The notes: generated by a model from the sequence alone, not told the origin. DNA of 64,000 bases from Candidatus Amesbacteria bacterium (GCA_027371535.1 DAHXMV010000001.1:96879-160878), one strand, 5' to 3'. Shown: positions 1 through 9,205, numbered from the stretch's first letter. Numbers and translations are program-made.

Positions 1-333
1 GAAATTATTCCCGCTGATACTGCCGACCCGCTGATTATTCCGGTATTTGTGAAGCAACTCCTGGGCAAAATAAAAGAAACTGGGGTCCGCCAAAACATCA
101 TCTTCAAGAATAATTCCCATTTTTTCATTGGTAAAAAACCAGTCCATGGCAGCAACAGGACCGAATTTACAGCCCAGATTCCGGTCCTGGAATTTCGTTT
201 TGACTACGCACTGCCAGTCTACCAAACCGATTATCCGCTGAACCTCTTTGACTAAGGTCTGTTCTTTATCGTTCCGGGGGCCGTCTACAGCAAAATACAA
301 TGCCCGGGGTTTAACTTTTTTAATACTTGCCAT
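1..333 (-). CDS. Partial CDS: N-terminal 111 aa of a glycosyltransferase-like protein (GT-A-type 'ILEDD' DxD-like motif). The C-terminus lies beyond the window edge.
   Basis: Manual translation of the minus strand from ATG (rc of 331-333) is open to position 1. It reads MASIKKVKPRALYFAVDGPRNDKEQTLVKEVQRIIGLVDWQCVVKTKFQDRNLGCKFGPVAAMDWFFTNEKMGIILEDDVLADPSFFYFAQELL... The plus-strand ORF 49-255 in the track overlaps it and is likely a shadow ORF. Confidence 0.5.
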   Translation of the reverse strand, partial: MASIKKVKPRALYFAVDGPRNDKEQTLVKEVQRIIGLVDWQCVVKTKFQDRNLGCKFGPVAAMDWFFTNEKMGIILEDDVLADPSFFYFAQELLHKYRNNQRVGSISGNNF

Positions 334-358
334 GACCCGGGCGGTGAGGTCAGGCCGG

Positions 359-1285
359 TTAAAACCAATTAATAATACCGGCGTATTTAGTTGTTTTGGC
401 ATAGTATTTCAAACTTAATATTCCGACTAAGATTATAACCGATAACATGACTTCATATACCCAGATCAGCCCTAACAAATAGACGGTGAGAAAATAACTA
501 AGATTATTAATATATGGGTGAATAACAAAAATTAGCATTGACTCTTTTCCGAACTGCTGAAATATTTTTAGCTTTTCAGGTAAATACCTAATAAAGCCAA
601 CAAGGGTGTTGATGACTAATAGGCTATATATAACTCCATATCCACTTATTACTTTTAATGCGATGTCTGTTTGCGGTATTGGAAGCAAAAACAAAGCTGC
701 AAGACAAAAAACTTTATATCTGCCCGCCAACAGCCAACCAAGAGATAGCCAGAACAAGCCCAGAAAAGCTTTATCAATTCCGAACGGCAATAACCAAGAA
801 CGGTTTGAAGCAAATAATAGAATTAATAAACTAACTAATGATATCAAGTATTTATTCCGGATAACTTTTAGCAAAATACGGTAAACAACTTTGGACCAAA
901 ACAGTGCAGGTAAAAACCATAAAACAAAACCATAATGGTGTAGATGGGAAAAATCCATCCACCAAAATATACCTATTATTTCCTGCCGGAAATTCAGTTT
1001 CCCGTTTATAAACAGGAAACCCGGAAACAACCGGTGTTTAAGGTATTCAAAAAACAAACCAATTAAAGAAAAGACTATAAAGGGGATAATCAGCCTGAAG
1101 AAATCCTTCTTTGTGGATTGTTTTAATGACGCTTCACTTTTCAGCAGCAAACCGGATACAAAGAAAAATAAGGGGATATGCCAGGCGTAGATAAAACCGG
1201 ATAACGGAGAAGCCATATGGCCAATGACAACCGCAATGATTGCCAGTCCTTTCAGGTTATCTATCCAAACGATTTTATTTTTCAT
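359..1285 (-). CDS. Acyltransferase family 3 (OatA/WecH-like) integral membrane O-acyltransferase
   Basis: 308 aa with about 10 predicted TM helices. The N-terminus 'IVWIDNLKGLAIIAVVIGHM...WHIPLFFFVSGLL' is typical of the Acyltransf_3 family. The region is low in GC. Confidence 0.65.
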   Translation of the reverse strand: MKNKIVWIDNLKGLAIIAVVIGHMASPLSGFIYAWHIPLFFFVSGLLLKSEASLKQSTKKDFFRLIIPFIVFSLIGLFFEYLKHRLFPGFLFINGKLNFRQEIIGIFWWMDFSHLHHYGFVLWFLPALFWSKVVYRILLKVIRNKYLISLVSLLILLFASNRSWLLPFGIDKAFLGLFWLSLGWLLAGRYKVFCLAALFLLPIPQTDIALKVISGYGVIYSLLVINTLVGFIRYLPEKLKIFQQFGKESMLIFVIHPYINNLSYFLTVYLLGLIWVYEVMLSVIILVGILSLKYYAKTTKYAGIINWF

Positions 1286-2037
1286 CCTATGAAGATTTTT
1301 CCGGTGAAATATTTCATCCTGGATAAGAAATCGATGATGTTTATCAGCATGGCCGGAGCTATATGGTTTTTCAGCCTTATCTTCTTGTATTCGTCATAAA
1401 TTTGTAATGTCTTATCTTTGCCGACCCCGCCTTCTCTCCATGCTGCGACAATTATGTCTTTTAAGACTACCGCCGGAAATATTTTATATGATCTCAGAAG
1501 TAAATCGTAATCCATGGCAAATTTACATTTAATATCAAATAAACCGTATTTATAAAAGTATCTTTTATTCATAAAAAGGGCTTGGTGCGGAAGGCCCATC
1601 TTGTATAAAAGTTGCCATTTATGAAAATTTATACCTGATGTATATAGGACCTGATCCCCTTTTTCAGCAATCCGGTTTATTCGGCCGCAGACTAAGATAT
1701 CTATTTCCGGATTAATACCCTGCATCATTTTTTGCAGTATATCTTTGCTCCAAAAGAAATCCCCTGCCCCCATAAAATACAAATAGTCCCCCTTAGCCGC
1801 TTTTACCCCTTTGTTAAACGCGTCGGAAATGCCTTTATCGGGTTCACTTACCCAGTAGTCTATGTATTTTTGATATTTCCTTATTATTTCTTTCGTATTA
1901 TCTTTTGATCCGCCGTCGATCACCAATAACTCTTTCTTTAGGTAATCCTGACTTATAAAACTAATAATTGTATTTTCTAGATCCGATCCATGATTAAGAC
2001 TGGGAGTTATAACAGATATAACAGGTTTATCTTTCAT
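1282..2037 (-). CDS. GT2 family glycosyltransferase (GT-A fold)
   Basis: 'ISVITPSLNHGSDLENTIISFISQDY...LLVIDGGSKDNT' followed by a DxD-like 'GAGD'. Start chosen at the internal Met (rc ATG at 2035-2037) to avoid a 41-nt overlap with the upstream gene. The ORF-track start at 2085 is an alternative. Confidence 0.75.
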   Translation of the reverse strand: MKDKPVISVITPSLNHGSDLENTIISFISQDYLKKELLVIDGGSKDNTKEIIRKYQKYIDYWVSEPDKGISDAFNKGVKAAKGDYLYFMGAGDFFWSKDILQKMMQGINPEIDILVCGRINRIAEKGDQVLYTSGINFHKWQLLYKMGLPHQALFMNKRYFYKYGLFDIKCKFAMDYDLLLRSYKIFPAVVLKDIIVAAWREGGVGKDKTLQIYDEYKKIRLKNHIAPAMLINIIDFLSRMKYFTGKIFIG

Positions 2038-2044
2038 AAATTCT

Positions 2045-3154
2045 TTAAGATTTATTATAATTACGAAGTACATCCCTATATACAATCGATGTTTGATATG
2101 CGGTTTTATCCCAAGAATATTTTTTTATTCTGATGTTACCTTTACTGACAAGGTCTTTACGAAGTTTGCTGTTTTCTATCACCTTCTGGATAGAATTTCG
2201 AATAGAGGTTTCATTTTCAGGCCTAAAATAGATAGCTGCGTCTCCCGCAATTTCAGGAAAACTACTATTATGGCTGATTACAACAGGGCATTTATTTTCA
2301 AATGCTTCCAATATCGGTATCCCGAACCCTTCATACCTTGATGGATACACAAAAGCCAAAGCTCTGCTATAACATTCCGACAAATCACGGTCATTAGTTA
2401 TAGATTGGTAAATCACTCTGTCGCTAATCCCCAGTTTGGAAAACATGTCAATTTCGTCAGAATTAAATATATTACCCCCCGCCGATACCAAATAAAGATT
2501 ATTCTTAATCAGAATATCAGATACCGCTTTAACAAAACCCATAAAATTTTTGTATATCCAGCGGAACCCAACATATAGCAGATATTTTTCAGGTAATCTT
2601 AATTTAACTTGTTTATCCCAGGGTAAAAGAGAATTGGCAAGAGGTATAACCGAAATGCTATTTCCATCTATCCCGTATATTTTCTGAATATCAGACTTGG
2701 TGCTATTAGAAATAGCAATAATATGGTCTGCTTTGGAAAGTATATATTTTTTGTTTTTTATAATTTTATTTTTAAGTGATGGGTACTCTTTTGAAAACAG
2801 TTCATGAATCATGTCATAGACTGTTATTATCAAAGGTTTTTTATGAGTTAGGGGTAAGAATATCTTTTCATAATAAGTTGGGTGATAAAGATCATAATCA
2901 ATAAAGTTCAGTTTAATTATGCCTAAAGCAGTATTTAATATTCTGTAAATATAGTTATGGTATTTATTACGGTAAATCCAGCTGTCAGTAATACCATAAC
3001 TTAAATCTTTAAGGTATTGGTTATGGCTTAATGTTAAATCGGATACAGGTAAAATATCGTATTTCGGTAATCTAGCCATTATCTCAGCGTAGTATCTTGA
3101 TATACCACCATAATCCTGTAAACTGAATATTTGTGAGTCAAATAGTACTTTCAT
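2045..3154 (-). CDS. GT4 family glycosyltransferase (GT-B fold, retaining)
   Basis: 369 aa. The C-terminal 'EGFGIPILEAFENKCPVVISHNSSFPEIAGDAAIYF' matches the E-x7-E signature region of the GT1/GT4 family. Confidence 0.8.
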   Translation of the reverse strand: MKVLFDSQIFSLQDYGGISRYYAEIMARLPKYDILPVSDLTLSHNQYLKDLSYGITDSWIYRNKYHNYIYRILNTALGIIKLNFIDYDLYHPTYYEKIFLPLTHKKPLIITVYDMIHELFSKEYPSLKNKIIKNKKYILSKADHIIAISNSTKSDIQKIYGIDGNSISVIPLANSLLPWDKQVKLRLPEKYLLYVGFRWIYKNFMGFVKAVSDILIKNNLYLVSAGGNIFNSDEIDMFSKLGISDRVIYQSITNDRDLSECYSRALAFVYPSRYEGFGIPILEAFENKCPVVISHNSSFPEIAGDAAIYFRPENETSIRNSIQKVIENSKLRKDLVSKGNIRIKKYSWDKTAYQTSIVYRDVLRNYNKS

Positions 3155-3933
3155 TTTTTCTGTGAATAACTTAGATGATCCGAAAAAGTTTTACTCTTAT
3201 AAAATATTGGTAATATTATGCTTAATACCATCCATAATTTGGAAAATATAATATTTATAGAAGAAGAGATATATATTTTAGAAAAAATATGATAAAAACT
3301 GCCGTTTGTTGTTAAGTGGTATCCAAGCTTGTCGGCGATAATTTGCAGGCTTTTTCTGGTATAAAACGATATATGCTGGCCACCTTCCGGTACAAAATAC
3401 CACCAGTCCTTCCCCGGATCGCCGTCATGAAGCGTTGTACTAAATATCAGCATATCTGGACTGTATATATTCAAAATATCACCAATTTCTTTTAGGGGAT
3501 TGTCTAAATGTTCAAACAACTCAAAACTGCATACCACATCGTAATGTTTTTCTTTTGACTCAAATCCTCTTACAAATATATTTTTGGCATACCTGTCCTG
3601 CCAATAACAATCAAGACCTATGTCTCTTAATAATCTCGTCATAACCCCATAGCCTCCAGCATAATCAAGAACCTGGGAATCCTTTTTACCAGTTAGTAAT
3701 AATAAGATTGCCGTCATCTTAGATAAGGTGATATTCCTGGACAGTAATCCCGTATCAGCTGATATTATCGCCTGCTTATATGCTTTTTTTAACCAATATC
3801 TGGGTTTTTGAGCCTCTATAAAGCTACAATTTGTACATCTATAATAATTTATGTTATATATTTTCAAGACTGTTTGAGTTACATATTCTTCCACCAGATT
3901 TCCACATACTGAGCATTTCATGACTATATTCAT
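3151..3933 (-). CDS. Class I SAM-dependent methyltransferase with an N-terminal Cys4 zinc-ribbon
   Basis: CSVCGN...CTNCSF zinc ribbon. Methyltransferase motif I-like 'VLDYAGGYGVMTRLL' and an acidic residue after beta2 'LDCYWQD'. Confidence 0.6.
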   Translation of the reverse strand: MNIVMKCSVCGNLVEEYVTQTVLKIYNINYYRCTNCSFIEAQKPRYWLKKAYKQAIISADTGLLSRNITLSKMTAILLLLTGKKDSQVLDYAGGYGVMTRLLRDIGLDCYWQDRYAKNIFVRGFESKEKHYDVVCSFELFEHLDNPLKEIGDILNIYSPDMLIFSTTLHDGDPGKDWWYFVPEGGQHISFYTRKSLQIIADKLGYHLTTNGSFYHIFSKIYISSSINIIFSKLWMVLSIILPIFYKSKTFSDHLSYSQKK

Positions 3934-4057
3934 AAATTATATCGTAGTCTCAATATATTAGATAAATTTACTTGTCTTCGGGTTAGATATACTTAGAAGG
4001 TATCATATCTAAAGATAGAATTATAATTGGCTTATATACAAAAAAGTGCATTTCAAG

Positions 4058-5359
4058 CTATGTATTATTGACTAATTCGTACTTTTTGATAACAAAGTAT
4101 TGGATTAAATAGTCAAATAAATTTGATATAAATACCATCATAAAAAAATAATATAAACCTGTATTTCTAAAGAACACCATATAATTTATATATAAAACTA
4201 GCGTCAAAAGGGGTTTATATAAGTACATTTTAACTACTTTTTGATATATTCTTGCTGAAGATAAAGCAATTTGTCCGTATAAACTAGCTACCAGTTGAAT
4301 ACATGAAATTATGGATACTAGAAATATATACCAGTAATTTATGGCATAAGACTTACCCACTAAAAACATGATAAAGAAAGTGATAAGAAATACACCGATA
4401 AAAAGAGGCGATAGTGATAATAGTATAATTTTATCGATTTTCTTTTTTGTTGAAATATAATCCCGATATTCAGTTAGATTTGGCAGTAAAACATTATTTA
4501 CGGCCACCAATACCTGAGAGATTACTGTTGTTGAAGCTATCAGATATACACTATAGATGCCCAGTAAACGAAAACCAAGATATTTTGCCATGAAGATCCT
4601 ATCCATATTAGAAATCAGCACACCTATAATTATAGCTAAATAGCAATTTATAGAATATCGAAGGCTTTTTTTGAATAAAGGCATATTCCATCGACCCAAA
4701 TATGGATATATGAATTTTAAAAAAATAATTGACATCGAGAAATAAATAATAATCGAGCCATAAATATAATATTGGTATTGATGTAAACTACAAAATACTA
4801 TTCCAGCTACCAATATAAAGATGCCTACACCCTCTATTAGCTTGGAAAGAGACTGAACTTTGAAATTTCCGAAAGCTTTAATTACAGATTCAAATAGATA
4901 TTTAAATGCCAACACCGATGAATAGACAAGGGAGTAGAAAATTATTTGGAATATATTACCGAAGTGACTTTTGATATAACCTGAAATTGATAAAAATATC
5001 ACCCATACTAATAGAGTAAAACCTGTAATCAAATATACAGAGTTTGAGATTTCCGCTTTACGGAAATTTTTGTCATGGTTCCCTGGAACATATTTTATAA
5101 CTACAGAATCACGGCTTAGCAATAAGACCATACTCAAAATCCCAGAAATAGAAATAAATAAACTATATTTACCAAATTGTTCAGGACCTAGCTGCCGGCC
5201 CAATAATATATATGAAATAAACAGTAAGATTGAGCTGATTCCGATACCTATGAATGACCATGTAATGTTATTAATAAACGAAGTAAATCTGTTTCCGGGA
5301 GTATGGCCATATATAAATATATAAGCCGAGTCTATTTTCCTTTTCAGATAAGAATACAT
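4058..5359 (-). CDS. Wzx-like oligosaccharide flippase / polysaccharide biosynthesis protein (MOP superfamily)
   Basis: 433 aa with about 12 TM segments throughout. Architecture and neighbourhood fit O-unit flippases. Low-GC island. Confidence 0.6.
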   Translation of the reverse strand: MYSYLKRKIDSAYIFIYGHTPGNRFTSFINNITWSFIGIGISSILLFISYILLGRQLGPEQFGKYSLFISISGILSMVLLLSRDSVVIKYVPGNHDKNFRKAEISNSVYLITGFTLLVWVIFLSISGYIKSHFGNIFQIIFYSLVYSSVLAFKYLFESVIKAFGNFKVQSLSKLIEGVGIFILVAGIVFCSLHQYQYYIYGSIIIYFSMSIIFLKFIYPYLGRWNMPLFKKSLRYSINCYLAIIIGVLISNMDRIFMAKYLGFRLLGIYSVYLIASTTVISQVLVAVNNVLLPNLTEYRDYISTKKKIDKIILLSLSPLFIGVFLITFFIMFLVGKSYAINYWYIFLVSIISCIQLVASLYGQIALSSARIYQKVVKMYLYKPLLTLVLYINYMVFFRNTGLYYFFMMVFISNLFDYLIQYFVIKKYELVNNT

Positions 5360-5381
5360 TTCAACAAACTTCTAAGAAAAA

Positions 5382-5726
5382 TTATTTTTTATGAGTTGTT
5401 TTTTTAGCGTTCTCGGAAACCAGTTTGCCGATTTGGCGGTAGAGATCACGGACAGCCATGTGGTCGGAAAAGGCCAGGTATGTCAGGATCATAAAGGCCA
5501 GGATCATTAGCAGGTCTAAAGCCCGGACAATACTGAGGGTGGTTAAAAGCGGAGACAGGATATGCGGAAACAGGGCAAAAATGATAAAAACCACCCAACT
5601 AAAGCACCAAAATATATATTCTTTAATCCCCAAATGTCCGCGCTTATAATGCACGCGCACCAAATAGAGCATGAAGATGGCAAAAAATATGGATATGACC
5701 TGAATGCCTAGAAAAGTTTCCACCAT
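5382..5726 (-). CDS. Small 3-4 TM membrane protein, DUF2304-like partner of polyprenyl-phosphate glycosyltransferases
   Basis: 114 aa, 'FFAIFMLYLVRVHYKRGHLGIKEYIFWCFSWVVFIIFALFP...'. It sits immediately downstream of a Dpm1-like GT2, the usual DUF2304 arrangement, and overlaps it by 19 nt. Confidence 0.45.
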   Translation of the reverse strand: MVETFLGIQVISIFFAIFMLYLVRVHYKRGHLGIKEYIFWCFSWVVFIIFALFPHILSPLLTTLSIVRALDLLMILAFMILTYLAFSDHMAVRDLYRQIGKLVSENAKKTTHKK

Positions 5727-6370
5727 AGACTGTTGGCCAATATTTTAACACTATCGGCAGGGGAAATACCCTTGTATTTATTGATATAAATGGTGTCAAT
5801 GGGAATTTCGACCCACTTCAGTTTATGCTGATGGCGGCTGAAGCGGGCGATCATTTCAGTTTCGACTCCGTAACGGTCAGACTGCCATTTAGATAAAAGA
5901 TAAGCCTTTCTGGTTAAAGCCCTGTAGCCGGATAAGATGTCCCTGATCCGCACCCCGAAGACCAAACGGCAATAAATTCTTGCCAGGAAATTCCCCAGAT
6001 GCCGGTCATGCGGATCGCCGGCAGAATAAGTCCGGGAACCGAAAACCAGATCGGTTCCCTGCTGCAGATGTTTTATAAAAACCGGTATTTCCTTGGGATC
6101 ATGCTGCAAATCAGCATCCATGTAGATCACCGCATCCGCACCCGAGGCAAAGGCATAATCAGCCCCCGTCTTCATGGCCGCCCCCTTACCCAAATTCAGC
6201 TGGTGACGTAACAGGGTGACCGGATATCGGCGGGGAATTTCCAGCGGAGCTTCGGAGCCGTCATCCACGATCACCACCCGGGATAAAGGGAAGACGGAAC
6301 GCAGTTTGGACAGCAACATCGGCAGCCGCGGTTGTTCGTTAAAAGCCGGAATAACAATAAATATTTTCAT
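5708..6370 (-). CDS. GT2 polyprenyl-phosphate sugar synthase (Dpm1/GtrB/ArnC-like)
   Basis: 'FIVIPAFNEQPRL...VVIVDDGSEAP', 'NLGKGAAMKTG', 'DADLQHDP', 'DILSGYRAL'. This motif order is characteristic of dolichyl/undecaprenyl-phosphate glycosyltransferases. Confidence 0.75.
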   Translation of the reverse strand: MKIFIVIPAFNEQPRLPMLLSKLRSVFPLSRVVIVDDGSEAPLEIPRRYPVTLLRHQLNLGKGAAMKTGADYAFASGADAVIYMDADLQHDPKEIPVFIKHLQQGTDLVFGSRTYSAGDPHDRHLGNFLARIYCRLVFGVRIRDILSGYRALTRKAYLLSKWQSDRYGVETEMIARFSRHQHKLKWVEIPIDTIYINKYKGISPADSVKILANSLWWKLF

Positions 6371-7641
6371 TTGTCGGATAATTTAACCGCTGCTAAACGC
6401 CGGTAAACAACAACCGCGGAAAGGGTCAGGAGCAATTGACCGGCTAAATTGGAAAGGGCAGAGCCGATTATCCCCAATGGGGGTATCAGAAGCAAACCGG
6501 AGACGATGGTAACCACGCCGGAGCCCAGGCTGGCCCAGAAAAAGAATTTGGGGCGGTTGTAAAAATAGAGCAAACTATCCCTGACAGGAGCGCCCAACAT
6601 GAATACCAACATGGAAACCAGCACAATTAAATACGGAACCAGGCCGGAAGTATACTGCCGGCCGGAGATCAGAAATAAGACATAACCCCCCGGAATCATG
6701 ACCCCTGCGGCCAGCAGCGCGATGCCCCCGGAAAGCAGGGTAGCTTTTAAGACATAGCGGCGGTTATGGGAGTGGTCGCTGAAACTGGCAAATTTGGGTG
6801 CCGTCACAGCGCCAATGGCATTCATCACCTGGGGCAGATAACTGACTGCCTGAATACCCAAGCCATAGACTCCGACTGCAGAAAGGCTGGCCAGACCGGA
6901 GGTCAGATAAGTATCCAGCCGGGAACTCACCGATGAGGCAACGGTAAAAGCAGTCACCCATTTGTTGAAGTGGAAGATATCGGACAATCTGGATAACGAC
7001 CCTGAAACAGTAAAAACCTCCCTTTCCACTTTAAAGAGACCGAGGATAAAACCAAAGAGGGGTATTACGGCCCACAGGGCGGTAGATATATAAGCATTCA
7101 ACCAGCCAATCCGCCAAAAGAAGATGAGGAAAATGAAACGGGCGATATTGGTCCCGGCCAGGACACTTCCCCACCAAAAAAATTTTTCATAAGCCTGCAT
7201 GTAGTAAAGGGCGAAATTAAAAAGCTGCTGACAAAGCAGGCCGATACCGATGAGGGGTATAAGAGGGGTCATTTCGGGTTGATGAAAGAGGACTACTGAC
7301 AACCAGTGAGCTGAAAAAATACAGAAGAAGGTTATCACAAAACCAACCGTAACTTTAATTTTTAGGGCCAAATTGGAAACCTGCAGCCTGGCGGTACGGT
7401 CATTTCGGTAATGGGAAATAAATTTAATCATGCCCCGGTCCGTGCCGAGCTCCAAAATGGTCGACAAAATAACAATCGTAGTCGTAGCCAAAGTAAACAG
7501 TCCATATTCGCTGCTGCCGATGTTCCTGGCCAGAAGCAGGTAAAATGTCACGGCGAAAACTCCGCTGATGACGGTGGCAACCAGAGTCACGGCCGTCTGC
7601 CTGATAGTATGGGTGTGGATTAGATGGCTGATACGGATCAT
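6367..7641 (-). CDS. MOP-superfamily flippase / polysaccharide biosynthesis membrane protein
   Basis: 424 aa and about 12-14 TM. 4-nt overlaps with both neighbours. Confidence 0.55.
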   Translation of the reverse strand: MIRISHLIHTHTIRQTAVTLVATVISGVFAVTFYLLLARNIGSSEYGLFTLATTTIVILSTILELGTDRGMIKFISHYRNDRTARLQVSNLALKIKVTVGFVITFFCIFSAHWLSVVLFHQPEMTPLIPLIGIGLLCQQLFNFALYYMQAYEKFFWWGSVLAGTNIARFIFLIFFWRIGWLNAYISTALWAVIPLFGFILGLFKVEREVFTVSGSLSRLSDIFHFNKWVTAFTVASSVSSRLDTYLTSGLASLSAVGVYGLGIQAVSYLPQVMNAIGAVTAPKFASFSDHSHNRRYVLKATLLSGGIALLAAGVMIPGGYVLFLISGRQYTSGLVPYLIVLVSMLVFMLGAPVRDSLLYFYNRPKFFFWASLGSGVVTIVSGLLLIPPLGIIGSALSNLAGQLLLTLSAVVVYRRLAAVKLSDK

Positions 7642-8915
7642 AAGGATTTTAAAACAGTATGAGCTGCACGGTTACCCAAATCGAGGGCATAATTAACGCC
7701 CCTGTCCCAGGGATAAACCTGCTGAATATTGGCTAAGTATAATCCGCTGACCGGGGTTTTGAAGGGCGTGATCCGGGAACCGGCGCCGGGATAAAAAACC
7801 GGTTGGGCAAAACCTGTTTTCCAGGCCCAGGATTTTCTGACCCGGGTTAAATTAAATCCGGGATTAATTTTTTTCAGGTGAGGTAAAAACAAATGCAACA
7901 ACTGTTTATCCGTAAAGGAGAAAAACCGATGGCCGGCCGGTAAATAGTTGCCGATATACAATATATGGTCGCCGCCATAATGATCCGGGGAGATAAAATT
8001 GGTGTGCTCCACCACCGCCAGATAGGGCATGGTCCGGTCGTTGATATTCAGCCAATAAACCCGGTCCATAAAGCCGGCTTTCAAAGCCAGGACCAGAGAA
8101 ACGGCCCCCAGGCCGGTCTGAAACTTTAGATTTTGGACATAATCGGCCGGAAATTCGGAGAACAAATTGAGAAAATATGCATTGGGCAGGGTGCACAGCA
8201 CCCGATCAAATTCGAAAGTATGTCCGTTTTGGGATACCAGCCGGAAAGCAGATCCAGTTTGGCTGATTTTTGCAATGCCGGTCTGATACCGGGTCCGGCC
8301 GCCGAGGGCGGAAAAATATTTATCCAGGCCTTTAGCAAAGGCGGTAAAACCCCCGTCCGGGTATCCCAACGACGGGGTACGGGTATGAATCCGGGCCCAA
8401 AACCAGGAGGCACAGATTTGGTCGGCAAGCGGACCGAATTTACCGGCAAAAAGCGGTTCCCAGAGAGTTTTCCAGGAAGTTTCCCCCATAGACGAGGCGA
8501 TCAGCCGGCGGGCGGTCTGATTTTCATAGATTTGCCATACGGGGTTAATTTTCAATCCTGCCAGCCCCAGACCGGTCCGCAAGCGGTCTACCACCGGCAT
8601 GCGGGAAAACCGGAGCAGGGAAAGCGGGGAATCCAGCTGTTCTATCCGACCGTCAATTAAAGTGGAAGTTATGGGACGATGGTAAGAAACTTCCGATTTT
8701 ATGGTATCGGCATAATCCAAAAATACCCTATCGGAAGCAAAGACGTGATGATAATGCCTTTCCAGCGGCCAGGACCACGATTCATCCTGAAACCCCGCGG
8801 CCAAACCGCCGGGCAACGCCTCTTTTTCCAGAATGGTGACCCGATGACCGGCTGCGGCCAGAGTAATCCCGGCAGCCAAACCCGTATAGCCCGCGCCGAT
8901 AATGCCGATCTTCAT
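7638..8915 (-). CDS. FAD/NAD(P)-binding oxidoreductase (amine-oxidase / phytoene-desaturase / protoporphyrinogen-oxidase-like fold)
   Basis: N-terminal Rossmann dinucleotide motif 'KIGIIGAGYTGLAAGITLAAAGHRVTILEK' then 'GGL'. 425 aa soluble protein. The substrate cannot be inferred. Confidence 0.7.
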   Translation of the reverse strand: MKIGIIGAGYTGLAAGITLAAAGHRVTILEKEALPGGLAAGFQDESWSWPLERHYHHVFASDRVFLDYADTIKSEVSYHRPITSTLIDGRIEQLDSPLSLLRFSRMPVVDRLRTGLGLAGLKINPVWQIYENQTARRLIASSMGETSWKTLWEPLFAGKFGPLADQICASWFWARIHTRTPSLGYPDGGFTAFAKGLDKYFSALGGRTRYQTGIAKISQTGSAFRLVSQNGHTFEFDRVLCTLPNAYFLNLFSEFPADYVQNLKFQTGLGAVSLVLALKAGFMDRVYWLNINDRTMPYLAVVEHTNFISPDHYGGDHILYIGNYLPAGHRFFSFTDKQLLHLFLPHLKKINPGFNLTRVRKSWAWKTGFAQPVFYPGAGSRITPFKTPVSGLYLANIQQVYPWDRGVNYALDLGNRAAHTVLKSL

Positions 8916-8919
8916 TTGG

Positions 8920-9204
8920 TTAATAACCCAAAAACTGGCGGGCCGGAATTAACAGCCGGCCCGGTTCTATTTTATCCGGTTTAGAGGTCAAATATAAAGC
9001 GGCTGCGACCCGGGGATAATAATCGGCAAAATAATTATTATCCGAGAGAGCGGTTTTTAAAACCGCCGCCGGCTGCAGGGGATTTTCAGCCCGGCTGATG
9101 TTTAACAAAAAGAAGTCATCGTTGGTAAAAAAGGTGTTAAAGGCCGGAAAAAAAAGGCAGACGGTTATGAGGAATCCCACCAGCAAAGTTTTTATCCCCG
9201 GCAT
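8920..9204 (-). CDS. Small protein with an N-terminal signal/anchor helix, unknown function
   Basis: 94 aa. 'MPGIKTLLVGFLITVCLFFPAFNTFF' is a hydrophobic N-terminus. Tightly packed between flanking genes. Confidence 0.35.
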   Translation of the reverse strand: MPGIKTLLVGFLITVCLFFPAFNTFFTNDDFFLLNISRAENPLQPAAVLKTALSDNNYFADYYPRVAAALYLTSKPDKIEPGRLLIPARQFLGY

Positions 9205-9205
9205 A

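Noticed and set aside
49-255. 68-aa plus-strand ORF in the ORF track at the 5' edge
   Set aside because: The opposite strand carries a longer stop-free frame from 333 to position 1 with glycosyltransferase-like sequence features. The plus-strand ORF is most likely a shadow ORF.
3934-4057. AT-rich 124-nt spacer with a short inverted repeat (AGATAT...ATATCT) between the methyltransferase and flippase genes. I considered it as a terminator or small RNA.
   Set aside because: The stem is only 6 bp with a 14-nt loop and no U-tract. It lies inside the low-GC island where AT-rich palindromes are common by chance. More likely it is a plain intergenic or internal-promoter region.
8133-8660. 175-aa plus-strand ORF antisense to the FAD oxidoreductase gene. 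Similar nested ORFs occur at 606-884, 8126-8449, 9645-10085, 40053-40514, 48676-49194 and 50267-50743.
   Set aside because: All are fully embedded in longer ORFs with clear protein-family motifs. Their translations are low-complexity and Arg/Pro/Gly-rich, typical of out-of-frame reading of GC-rich coding DNA. They have no independent start context.
7638-8915. Considered calling the FAD enzyme UDP-galactopyranose mutase (Glf), which is common in glycan clusters
   Set aside because: The sequence lacks the UGM hallmarks as I recall them, such as the 'HIFHT' region and the N-terminal 'VGAGFAG' context. It resembles amine-oxidase or PPOX-type folds instead, so I left it as a generic FAD oxidoreductase.
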